A stretch of 64,000 nt of DNA, from the NCBI RefSeq assembly GCF_963921235.1, contig NC_086102.1, positions 43,958,001-44,022,000 on the forward strand. The letters run 5' to 3'. Shown piece after piece: positions 51,428-62,416 of the stretch. The notes under the pieces are model-generated. The model worked only from the letters and a program-made list of their open reading frames with translations. It did no database searches and was not told where the DNA came from. Position 1 is the first letter of the stretch, and each line of letters begins with the position of its first letter. The translations under genes were made by a program, and so were the position numbers. Origin of the DNA: Mobula hypostoma. Taxonomy: Eukaryota.

Positions 51428-52866
51428 CTTATAAATGATAAATTACCACAGTACAGTGTCTTATAAATTACCACAGTATGGTCTTATAAATTACCACAGC
51501 ACAGTGTATTATAAATTATAAATTACCACAGTACGGTGTATTATAAATTATAAATCACCACAGTACAGTGTCTTATAAATTACCACAGTACGGTGTATTA
51601 TAAATTATAAATCACTACAGTACGGTGTCTTATAATTTATAAATGACCACAGTATGGTATATTATAAATTACCACAGTGCGGTGTATTATAAATTACCAC
51701 ATTATGGTGTATTATAAATTACCACAGTACAGTGTCTTATAAATTACCACAATACAGTGTATTATAAATTATAATTTACCACAGTAGGGTGTCTTGTAAA
51801 TTATCACAGTACAGTGTATTATAAATTATAAATTACCACAGTACGGTGTCTTATAAATTAACACAGTAGTGTATTATAAATTATAAGTTACCACAGTACG
51901 GTGTATTGTAAATTACAAATTACCACAGTACGATGTCTTATAAATTACCACAATACGGTGTCTTATAAATTATAAATTACCACAGTACGGTGTCTTAGAA
52001 ATTACCATAGCACAGTATTATATATGACTACAGTACAGTGTATTATAAATTATAAATTACCACAGTACGGTGTCTTAGAAATTACCATAGCACAGTATTA
52101 TATATGACTACAGTACAGTGTATTATAAATTATAAATTACCACAATACGGTGTCTTATAAATTACCACAGTACGGTGTATTATAAATAATAAATTACCAC
52201 AGCACAGTGTATTATAAATAATAAATTATCACAGTACAGTGTATTATAAATTACCACAGTACGGTGTATTATAAATAATAAATTATCACAGTACAGTGTA
52301 TTATAAATTATAAATTACCACAGTACGGTGTATTATAAATTACCACAGCACAGTATTATAAATTACCACAGTACAATGTATTATAAATAATAAATTATCA
52401 CAGTACAGTGTATTATAAATTACCACAGTACAGTGTATTATAAATTATAAATTACCACAGTAGTGTATTATAAATTATAAATTACCACAGTACGGTGTAT
52501 TATAAATTACCACATTTTTTGTAGGCATCCGTTAGTCTCATGAGACCATGGATTTGCGCCTTGGAAGGTTTCCAGGGCACAGGCCTGGTGGCACGTTTGT
52601 ATGGAAGACCAGCAGCTGCCCATGCTGCAAGTCTCCCCTCTCCATGCCACCGATGTTGTCCAAAGGAAGGGCATTAGGACCCATACAGCTTGGCACCAGT
52701 GTCACCGCAGAGCGATGTGTGGTTAAGTGCCTTGCTCAAGGACACATACGCTGCCTCAGCCAAGACTCAAACTAGCAACCTTCAAATCACTAGACAAACG
52801 CCTTAACCACTTGGCCAGGCATCAACAAATTACCACAGTACGGTGTATTATAAATTACCACAGTAT
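51428..52866. repeat. AT-rich minisatellite with ~25/32-bp units (ATAAATT)1-2ACCACAGTACGGTGTATT
   Basis: Directly visible tandem array of roughly 40 units. Confidence 0.95.
52515..52826 (-). mobile_element. tRNA-derived SINE inserted in the minisatellite
   Basis: The minus-strand 5' end has an A box (TGGCCAAGTGG) and a B-box-like AGTTTGAGTC, and the 3' end is A6. It is flanked by AAATTACCACA (52504-52514 and 52827-52837). Confidence 0.8.
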
Positions 52867-53131
52867 GCATGTTATAAATCGTCAAGCTGTTAATGAAAAA
52901 TAAACAATACACAAACATTTGGAAACGAGGATAAGGCTAATGCATGCCTGCTTCCTAATTCACAGACTGGATGTGGCAACTGACCAACTTTTGCGTAATC
53001 AGTCTGTTGATTTTGTATTCAATGATATTAGTGGAAGCTGGTGCCATGATCAGATAATAACGTACAGAACTGTTGGTACACACTTGAAAGCATGAAATAT
53101 GTATCCTTTAATGAGCTCTCTATCCCCATAC

Positions 53132-53173
53132 CTGCTGCATTTCTTGAAGTAACCAGCATAACTTCAACTTCCT
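53132..53173 (-). CDS. Short stalk (or first coding) exon, EEVEVMLVTSRNAA, phase 1-1
   Basis: ctgttgtttgtag|...|gtatgg; open and frame-compatible with both C1b and the TM exon. Confidence 0.6.
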
Positions 53174-55050
53174 CTACAAACAACAGTGGTTAATTGCAGA
53201 ATGTTTATGTGTTCTTTCTCTTTCTTCTCCTTTCCTCCGTGTATTAATCTATATGCAGGTTTAAGGCAGAGGTTTGCCAACCAAGGGCAGAATCTGCTTC
53301 TGCTATTTTTGATTTGGATCAAGGCACAAATGACAATTATTTGTTTTTCAGGTTGACGGGTAATATTTCAATCTGACAGTGTGTAGAGGTTAAAATGAAG
53401 TGTTTTCTTGACTCACATTGGAGATTGCCACTATAATCAATCAAACCATTTATAAATTGCTACTGGAACCTATCATAACCAAAGGAGTTAAAAATTTAAT
53501 CTATCTGATGTTACTTTTGTTCATACTTCTCATTTACAAGAATGGGATGGACAACTGAAAATGAGCTGAAGGTTTCTAAATCACATTTGTAGGGGCACTT
53601 ACTTAATCTTTCCTTTCAAAGTCATACTAGAGAATAAATAATATATTAAAGTACCACTTTTACTTATTCTCATATTCTTCAAATTAACTATCTGGAGTAA
53701 ATCTAACTCTTGTTTTGTATGAAACGTTCATATCTTAAAGAGTGGTTGTAGCTTTTGGAGACAGTGCAGCTGTTTCCTGGAAGTACTGCATCAGCTATCT
53801 TTACTTAGGGACACTGATGTCTTCATTTATGGATTGTCTCACCATGAAAGATATGGAAGGATTTGTAAAGATGATGCATTTCATTCAATGGTTGCAGTTG
53901 CTTTAAAATAAAGGTGTTTTATAAAATGTAATTCGTTGAAGTAAATCTTGTGCCTTTAACACACAGTTGTATCTTTGATCATTTCTAAATCATCAGCTAT
54001 TGTTCATTCATGTCCTGATGTTTATGGCAAAAGTGGAATGGCCAGACCAGTTTTTGGCTTCTTATGTGCAGAGGCTGATAATCAGAGTTATTATTAATTT
54101 CTTAGTTTTCCTGGGCAGAGTGAGCTTTTCTGAAATTGTCCAACTGTGTTTAATTTTCTAGCTTTGGAGAGATGCTAATTGAATGATAGACACCAAATCT
54201 GAAAATTAATATTAGATTTACTGTTTGTATGACTGTTGTCAAGGGAAAATCCAATAATCCAGAACTGCAACCTGAAGTCTTGAGTTACAATGTCACTTCT
54301 ATTCTGATTCGGATCCACAAACCTGCTTTGCAGCCACTAAACAGAGTTACTAAGGCCATGTCTTACAGTCTTACCTAAGGTATAGGTCCTTTCACCATCA
54401 TTGACTATCTTCACATTATTATTTCAATATAGCACAGGACTTTAGGGCAAAGTTTCCTATAGTCTCCGTAGATTAGCCCCAACCATCTTATATTAATACT
54501 TATGTACAAATTCAAATCTAGGACAGAGACATCATTCATGCCTGCTCCGTTATTTAGTAAGATCGTGGCTTTTTTGATTATAACCTCAACTCCACATTTT
54601 CATCTCCTTAATAACATCTAAACCCTTTACTTATCAATCCATGTAGCTCAACCTTAAAAAAATTCAAAGCTTCTGTCTTCACTACCCTTTGAGGGAGAGA
54701 GGTTCAAAGACTCAAGACAATCTGAAAGAAAAAAAAATCACCATAACAGTCTAAAATGGGCAATGACAATTTTTTTAAGATGATCATTAGTTCTAGATTC
54801 TGCCACAAAGAGGGAACATTCTCTCCATAATCACCCTATAAAGGATCTTCCACACGTTAATCAAATCCCCTCTAATTCCTCTAACCTCCAGAAGATGCAA
54901 ACCTAGCCTATCCAACTTTTCCTCAAAAGGAAACATAACAGTAAACATTCTCTGGACACTTCCAAAGCACTCTTTCTTAAGAAAGGCTCCTGATCCTCTA
55001 CACAGAACCCTGGATGTGATCTCATAAAACTACTTTATAGCTGAGGCATA

Positions 55051-55960
55051 CAGTGGCATGCAAAAGTTTGGGCACCCCAGTCAAAATTTCTGTTACTGTG
55101 AATAGCTAAGCAAGTAAAAGATGACCAGATTTCCAAAAGGCATAAAGTTAAAGATGACACATTTCTTTAATATTTTAAGCAAGATTACTTTATTATTTCC
55201 ATCTGTTACAGTTTCAAAATAACAAAAAAGGAAAAGGGCCCGAAGCAAATGTTTGGGCACCTGCATGGTCAGTACATAGTAACACCCCCTTTGGCAAGTA
55301 TCACAGCTTGTAAATGCTTTCTGTAGCCAGCTAAGAGTCTTTCAATTCTTGTCTGGGGATTTTCGCCCATTCTTCCTTGCAAAGGGCTTCTAGCTCTGTG
55401 AGATTCTTGGGCCGTCTTGCATGCACTGTTCTTTTGAGGTCTATCCACAGATTTTCGATGGATGTTTAGGTCGGGTGACTGTAAGGGCAAAACCTTCAGC
55501 TTGAGCCTCTTGAGGTAGTCCATTGTGGATTTTGAGGTGTGTTTAGGATCATTATCCTGTTGTAGAAGCCATCCTCTTTTCAGCTTCAGCTTTTTTTTTC
55601 ACAGACGGTGTGATGTTTACTTCCAGAATTTGCTGGTATTTAATTGAATTCATTCTTCCCTCTACCAGTGAAATGTTCCCCATGCCACTGGCTGCAACAC
55701 AAGTCCAAAGCATGATCGATCTGCCCCCATGTTTAACAGTTGGAGAGGGGTTCCTTTCATGAAATTCTGCACCCTTTTTTCTCCAAACAGACCATTGCGG
55801 CCAAAAAGTTGTATTTTAACTTCATCAGTCCACAGGACTTGTTTCCAAAATGCACCAGGCTTGTTCAGATGTTCCTTTGCAAACTTCTGATGCTGAATTT
55901 TGTGGTGAGAGTGCAGGAAAGGTTTTCTTCTGATGACTCTTCCATGAAGGTCACTGTAAT
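55051..55960 (-). mobile_element. Tc1/mariner transposon remnant (C-terminal transposase plus one TIR)
   Basis: TA|CAGTGGCATGCAAAAGTTTGGGCACCC terminus, and transposase motifs WKQVLWTDEVKI and [19 protein letters not shown]. Confidence 0.85.
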
Positions 55961-58900
55961 CTCCCTCCACTTGTATTCTTTTCTCCTCACAATGACCAAT
56001 AACATAAATAATGCTCAGCTTTCATAATTACTTGCCATCTCTGGGTTACTGGCTGCAGCAAAACACCAGGATCTCTGAATCACAGAGCTCTGTGGTCCCT
56101 TACCTTTTATATGTATCTATACAGTATCTTACATAAAATATATACATTGGATTTCAGTTAATTGGGCCAGAAGTTATTTGGGACAACATTTAAAAAACAA
56201 AAACTAATGGAGAAAACAACCAGGATTCCCTTGGCTTATTTAGGGCAGAAGACTGCTGCTGAACAGTTTCTAACCAGCGTCAGAGGCATGTGCCTGCGTG
56301 GCTGCGTGGCACACTACACTGTGCTTAGAGTGAACAGTTTTTAAACAGTGACAGTTGAGTGTGTTTATGTTCAAGAAGCAATGACTTTTGTCACTGATTT
56401 CTGATGAGAAAAAAGCAGTAAGACAATTCAGAACTGTTTTGTCACTGTGGTTTCAAGCATTCTGGCTTGGAGATTGACGAATCGGCCGGGAGTGAAACTT
56501 GAAATTATTTCACTACTTCAACAAGTTAGGAACTATGAAGAATTTGAGGGTATCAACAATCATCTTGAATGTTAACTTTGCTCCCCACCAGAGTCACATC
56601 TCCCCTGTGGCTCAAAGTAGCTGTTTGCATGCGACAGCAGCCATGCCCTGATACCCTGCTTTGACAGGCAGGCTAAAGCAGGCGAGGGTAGCCAGGGAAG
56701 GGTTTCATACCACAGTGAGATAGGGACATGCCTGCTCTAGCATACAAAGTCATGTCAGGCGGACTGGGTGAATGAAATCTAAAGTGAGATCCAACAGCCA
56801 GGAAGGCAGTTCTGCAACAGTCCATGAACAGCAAAGGATATGATGAGGCAGGGAAGAAGCCATAGTCATCCACTGCAACCAAGGAGACCCCTGTTGTGCT
56901 GTCTGCCCGTATCACTGGATCCGGACTTATGAGGAGACAATGGGACTGTCCTTGGGCAGTGGATTTTCCACTTTAGAAACTTCCCCGCACATCGCTGGAT
57001 AAGACAGCAACCATCAGTAGTTTTGGTAGCATTCCAATTTGTTCTGTATTTCATTTAAATGCATACTTTGTTACTCAGTTAAATGGTAGTTTGTTCTTTT
57101 TATATAATATTTTAACTATTTCTATTAAAGGTTGGCTAATTGGGCCAGGCACTAAAATATACTGGATGGGCCCAATTAACTGTATTAACTATGTATAGAG
57201 GGGGAGAGGGGGAGAGATTATATTTTATATATATATATATTACACAAGAGGGAAAAAACAGAAAATACTGGAAAGACTTGTTAGATCAGACAGCATCTGT
57301 GGAAAGAGAAGCACGGTTAATGTTTCAAGTTAAGGACCTCGTAAGAACACAGTGCAAAACAGGCAGATAGAAATGCCAATGGAGAGAGCAACAGAAATAA
57401 TTTCAGGTGGACATTCCTGGTGGGGAAGTGGTAATGAATTCAGCAATGAATTCATCATCTTTGCTGATGCTGCAAATCTGAATAACAACAGAAAGTGCTG
57501 GAATCACTCATCAGTTCAAGCAGCAGCTGTAGAAAGAACCAGAATGTCAATATTTCAGGATAAAGATCCTACCACATCTTTGTTATTTTTAATTTAGTAC
57601 TTCCTAATTTTTCCCACCAAAGTGTACAATATCCTATTTTTCAATATTATGCTCCAGATGGTGGAACTTCCCAGCTCACTTAAATTTCATTTTGTAATCA
57701 TTTTGTAGCCTGCTTCTATCCTACTTTCCTTCCTGTCCCTGTGTCATCAACAAATTTAGCAATCATTCAGTCAACATCTTCATACAAATCATATATAGCA
57801 TAATAAGAACTCAGAATCAATCTATTTAGCATACCATTTGTTTCATCTTGCCAACTATTTCTGTGTGCTCTCTGCTTTCTGTTCGACTCTCTGGTCTTTT
57901 ATCCCTCCCAACATTAACTTCTACCGTGAGCTTTTAATTTTTGCAAAGACATTTGATGTGCCACCTTATCCAATACCTCTGGAAATCTATATATAGAACA
58001 TCAATAGGGGCCCCTTTAAATAACTCCAATGCATTGGTCAAACATTTCCTCTTGAGAAAACCACGCTGACTTTTCTTTTGATCTTTCTGCACACTATAAT
58101 ATTTTTGACATGCTATAATATTTTAATTACAGCTTCTACTATTTTACCTTTTAACAGATATTAAACTAATTGGCCTGTAGTTTTCTTGGGTTCTATTCCC
58201 CTCCCTTCTTCAATAAAGGGGTTAAAATGCCATTTTCCAGACAAATCGGATTTTCGGGTATTCTGGAAATTGAAAACTGGTGCATCAGCTCTCCCAGGAG
58301 CAGTTTCCTTTAAGACCCTAAGGTGAGGTCCACGAGGATTCAGGGACTTGTCCACGTACAGCTCCGATAATTTGCCCAGTAGTACTACCACGGCGATTGC
58401 AATTCCCCCAATTTCCTCCCTCTCTTCCAATTCCCGATTTACAACTTCTTTTCCATTAATTCCCCAAACTCGCTTTTTGTGGGAGCAGCTCCTGCTGCAG
58501 TCGTTCATTTATGGCTGGCTTTGTCCCACTCTGATTCTTTTTCTTTTATTGGTTGTTCAACCTGCTTGGGAAGTCAGCCTTGTTGGCGGTTCAACTGGAA
58601 CCCTTTAAACATTAATTCTGTTTCCTCTCCGTTTAATTTTTCGCACAGCGCCATGCAATCGTGATTTAGAGCAGGGAAATCTGGAATGATGATGAATTCA
58701 ATTTCAGTGAGAGGCGATTGAAAGGGACACCCCGTCGCAGCCTAAAACTGCAATTTAGCAAGTCATCGTGACCTGGGATTTGATCTTGCAGCGCCCGCCG
58801 AGTGGGCAAGGCACTTGTTCACTGAACACAGAAACTTCGATTTCCTGCGCACTATAGCGATTGGAATTGGCTACAATTTGGCGGGGAGAAAGTGAATTTT

Positions 58901-59169
58901 GCCCTGATAACAATCAATTCCGCTGAATGTTGTTATTTTCTCTATTCACGACCACCCATGAATTGAAAATTCTCTCGGCGGCAAATGATCACAATAAATA
59001 CAATTCGGACGTTGTTTCTTTCCATTGCTATCCTTCCCCGAGCACCGCAACTTTCGGGGTATAAATTCTATGACCCAGCTGAAAGTGTTGCAATTGGCCA
59101 CCTAGTGCAGTTTATAAACCGTGGAATTTCAACTGTCAATTGATGAAGACAGTATAAATTAGATTAATT

Positions 59170-59213
59170 TTACAATATGAACTTTGCGTTGCCAAGTAGT
59201 ATCGGCCAGGGAC
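59170..59213 (-). other. Candidate alternative or degenerate terminal exon (GPWPILLGNAKFIL*)
   Basis: The acceptor gtgcccttccccag|GT lies 587 nt after C1b in phase 1. A hydrophobic continuation, INLIYTVFIN, is in a shifted frame. Confidence 0.35.
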
Positions 59214-59800
59214 CTGGGGAAGGGCACTAACCCAGACAGGACGATGGACGAAGTCCGGTAAAATTCTACTTTTTTTTCGCCATTTATATTTTACAGTATT
59301 GAGTTTTGTTTGATTGGATTTATATGAATTGGTTCATTAGATAATATCTGTAGCCTATTGCCATAATTCGTGAATGTGTTTTGCAGTAACGCTGTTCCGA
59401 AAAAGAATACTTCGTTGGTGCAAGCGCACGAAGAAACAAAATGTTGGAGATATTAGCAGATCACGCGGGTTGTGTAGAAAGTAAACGACAGTGTATGCTT
59501 CAGGTCCAGGGACCAAGGTCATGGTAGCCTCAGCTCTTGTCTCTATCCAATTCCTTTCATAAACCTTCACAAGTAGCAAATTATTTGAAACATTCACGAT
59601 AACACACAGCGCAAGTTTTCTATCAATTCAATAAATTGGAATAAATTATTTCGCAATAAAAGACTGTAGATATTGTAGGCGTTACCCGAACGAATTGCGT
59701 TCAACATATGGTTTTATAAATTTACAAATTTTATCTCCAAATTTCACCCGTAATTGGGAGAAGCAGGTTGTGAGATTTTCTCCCCGTGTAAACCACCTAC

Positions 59801-60094
59801 CTCGGTTGAAAGTGAAACTTGTGCTCACACTCCCTGTAACGTGTCGAACCAGGCAGGTGGCGACCTGAACTGACTCCCGCCGAGCGTCGTTCACCCGCAG
59901 CCGGGAGCTCAGGCTGTAGGTAAGGTCCTCGTTTACCCTCAGCGGATCCGCCTCTGTTTCATACGAGACATCTCCCGTTACAGTCCAAGAAATATTCAGA
60001 TCTTTCGGGAAAAATCCCGCAGCTACACAAATCAGGGTCTGAACCCCAGTGGCTTCGTTGTTGGGATCCAGAGAGAGGGAGACGTCAGGCTTCG
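59801..60094 (-). CDS. Ig C1-set exon 2 (C1b), phase 1-1
   Basis: tgtgcag|CG...CGA G|gtaggt; motifs LICVAAGFFPKDLNISW, DLTYSLSSRL and TCLVRH. Confidence 0.93.
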
Positions 60095-60673
60095 CTGCAC
60101 AGAACGGGAGAATTAACACATTGTGAATTTTACTGTAACCCAGACTGATACAGACAGCAAGAGTGGACACAACTGAAGACGGTGCATGATATAAAGGTAA
60201 CACTGAACTGAATTGATTATTTTGTGTCTCAAAATTCGCACCGGCAGGAAGAGAAACAAAATACAGCCCGAGAACGGAATGAATTTGGAATGTTACAGCG
60301 AGTGTAAATAAAAAAAGATGCTGGAGATTTAGAATGTTAAAAAAACAGAACCGCCGGAAGTATCCAGCTGGTCTGGTCGAAGAGACGCAGAGTTCTGACG
60401 AAAGGTCTTCAATACCAAATTTTAACTCTGTTTCTCTCTCCACATTTGCGACCTGACCTGCTGAGTGTTTCCAGCACGTTCTAGTTTTATTTTTCAGTTC
60501 TTTTCGACCAGGCACATGTTGGTCACAAGATGCAAGTTACGCTGGTAGGATGTTCCAACAAGGATGTTTCACGGTTCCGATTCCCCATTAAAAATCCCTA
60601 ATTTTACTTCCAAATTTCACCCGTAGTTGAGAGAAGCAGGTTGTGAGATTTACTCCGTGTGTAAACCACCTAC

Positions 60674-60967
60674 CTCGGTTGAAAGTGAAATTTGTCCTCA
60701 CACTCCCTGTAACGTGTCGAACCAGGCAGGTGGCGACGGGAACTGACTCCCGCCGAGCGTCGTTCACCCGCAGCCGGGAGCTCAGGTTGTAGGTAAGGTC
60801 CTCGTTTACCCTCAGCGGATCCGCCTTTGTTTCATACGAGACATCTCCCGTTACAGTCCAAGAAATATTCAGATCTTTCGGGAAAAATCCCGCCGCCACA
60901 CAAATCAGGGTCTGAACCCCAGCGGCTTCGTTCTTGGGATTCAGAGAGAGGGAGACATCAGGCTTCG
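60674..60967 (-). CDS. Ig C1-set exon 1 (C1a), phase 1-1
   Basis: Same splice signals and motifs as C1b, with 12 nt differences in 294. Confidence 0.93.
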
Positions 60968-61832
60968 CTGCACATAACGGGAAAATTAACACATTGTGAA
61001 TTTTACTGTAACCCAGATGGATACAGACAGCAAGAGTGGACACAGCTGAAGACGGTGCATGATACAAAGGTAACACTCTGAACCGAGTTGATTATTTTGT
61101 GCCTTAAAATTTCACACCGGCAAGAAGAGAAACAAAATACAGCCCGGGAACGGAATGAATTTGAAATGTTACTGCGCGTGAAAATAAAAAAAAAGATGCC
61201 GGAGATCAAAAATAATTTTTTTGAAAAACAGAACCCGTTGGAAATATCCAGCAGGTCAGGTCGGAGAGTCGAACATGTCCAACGAAAGTTCTTCAATACC
61301 AACCGTTAACTCTGCTTCTCTCTCCGCATCTGTGACCTGACCTGCTGAGTGTTTCCAGCACTTTCTAGTTTTATTGTTCAGCTCCTTTCGACCAGACATA
61401 CATTGGTCAGAAGATGCAAATTACACTGGCAGTGTGTCCCAACAAGGACGTTTCGCGGTTCCGATTCCCCATTACCAATTCCTCCGGTGTTTAACCGATT
61501 TCTGATCGGCTATTTTACCCGCCTCTCTACCACTGAATTTTTGGGATGTGGCGCTGATGTATTCAGCGACAAGTCTTCTCTTCCCCATGCGGGAGATTGT
61601 TTCGGTGTTGCTTAATCTGGTTACTTTGGGTCAGAAGCAAAACACAAACCAAACGCGGCGAAGACAGGATTCCTTCAGCAAGTCAGAGGGCGTTTGGAGA
61701 AAGGGACCTAAAGACTCGTTTTCCAGCTCGGCCATTGGTCTGAGACTTTGGCCCCAGTTCCCTCGCTTCACACTTTGCCCGGTGTGCTGAGTATTTCCAG
61801 TGTTTACTGGTTTCGTTTCATACGTACTGTAC

Positions 61833-62165
61833 CTCGGATGGTTACTTCTGTTCCGTTTCCAAAATATGTTTCCCAGGGTCTCGAATCCATTATCAGCGCT
61901 GAGCAATGGTAGGTGTCAGAGTCATCCACAGTCACTTCCCGAATGACCAGCCCGCCTTCCTTCACAGATACAGAGAACCGAGTGCCATTTTTCAGGAAAT
62001 TATTGGACCCGTTTACAGAATGGTCTCTAATCCGAGTCCAATAATATCTCGCCGAATCCACCCGCTCGTCCCCGGATAACAGGGAACAGCCGATCCGAGC
62101 TGTCTGTCCTCGGAGAAGGGTCAGAGCTGAAGGTGTCTGATTCACTTTCAGAGCAACAATTGGCC
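61833..62165 (-). CDS. Single-exon germline VJ-type Ig V domain, phase 1-1
   Basis: ttttctgttctag|GG...CGA G|gtacag; IGC, YYW and DSDTYHC motifs, and a J-like YFGNGTEVTI in the same exon. Confidence 0.93.
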
Positions 62166-62258
62166 CTAGAACAGAAAATCACCACAATTAGCAAAAAGAT
62201 TCAAAATTATGAGAAGGCAACGAGAATAAATGTCAAACGGAGAGAACGCGTGAATTAC

Positions 62259-62307
62259 CGGGGAGAAACAGCCAGAGCGTGTACAGTAAGATTCCGAGTA
62301 GTGACAT
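62259..62307 (-). CDS. Signal-peptide exon MSLLGILLYTLWLFLP(G)
   Basis: ATG at 62307, 16 hydrophobic codons, G|gtaatt donor, and a 93-nt intron in frame with the V exon. Confidence 0.9.
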
Positions 62308-62356
62308 GTTGGGTGAAGGAAGAGTCGGGGCAGGAATCACCCAGCTCTGATGGTCA

Positions 62357-62416
62357 TTTTATAAAGTGTAAAATCGCTGCAGAATTTGTGGCGGTTTCAC
62401 TTCAGTGCGTCACGTG
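62357..62416 (-). promoter_or_regulatory. Putative proximal promoter of the VJ-C1-C1 gene
   Basis: TATAAAA 50 nt upstream of the ATG (62357-62363), IRF/Ets-like GAAGTGAAAC (62394-62403) and an E-box CACGTG (62411-62416). Motif matches only. Confidence 0.4.

Larger units (their letters stand above)
59725..61473. repeat. Head-to-tail tandem duplication (period ~873 bp) containing the C1 exon and a PLE-derived intronic repeat
   Basis: The exons are offset by exactly 873 nt, and the flanking intron sequence aligns in both copies. Confidence 0.95.

Noticed and set aside
52203-52230. CACAGTG heptamers in the minisatellite as possible RAG signal sequences
   Set aside because: There is no ACAAAAACC-like nonamer at 12 or 23 nt spacing, and the heptamer is just part of the repeat unit.
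51428-52866. CRISPR-like array
   Set aside because: The units are contiguous with no unique spacers, there are no cas genes, and the context is vertebrate.
53603-53626. 24-nt exon as a coding stalk exon of the V-C1-C1 receptor
   Set aside because: It gives a stop when entered in phase 1 (and in phase 0). It is kept only as a possible UTR exon.
58161-58508. Minus-strand ORF with hydrophobic IAIAVVVLL as a TM exon
   Set aside because: It lies in a decayed CR1 RT fragment (PRGPHLRVLKE resembles PDGIHPRVLKE), and I found no fitting splice sites.
59801-62307. Germline-joined Ig light chain or TCR gene
   Set aside because: It has two C1 domains, lacks WYQQ/IY framework motifs, and has no C-terminal interchain Cys. 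I am not assigning a gene symbol.
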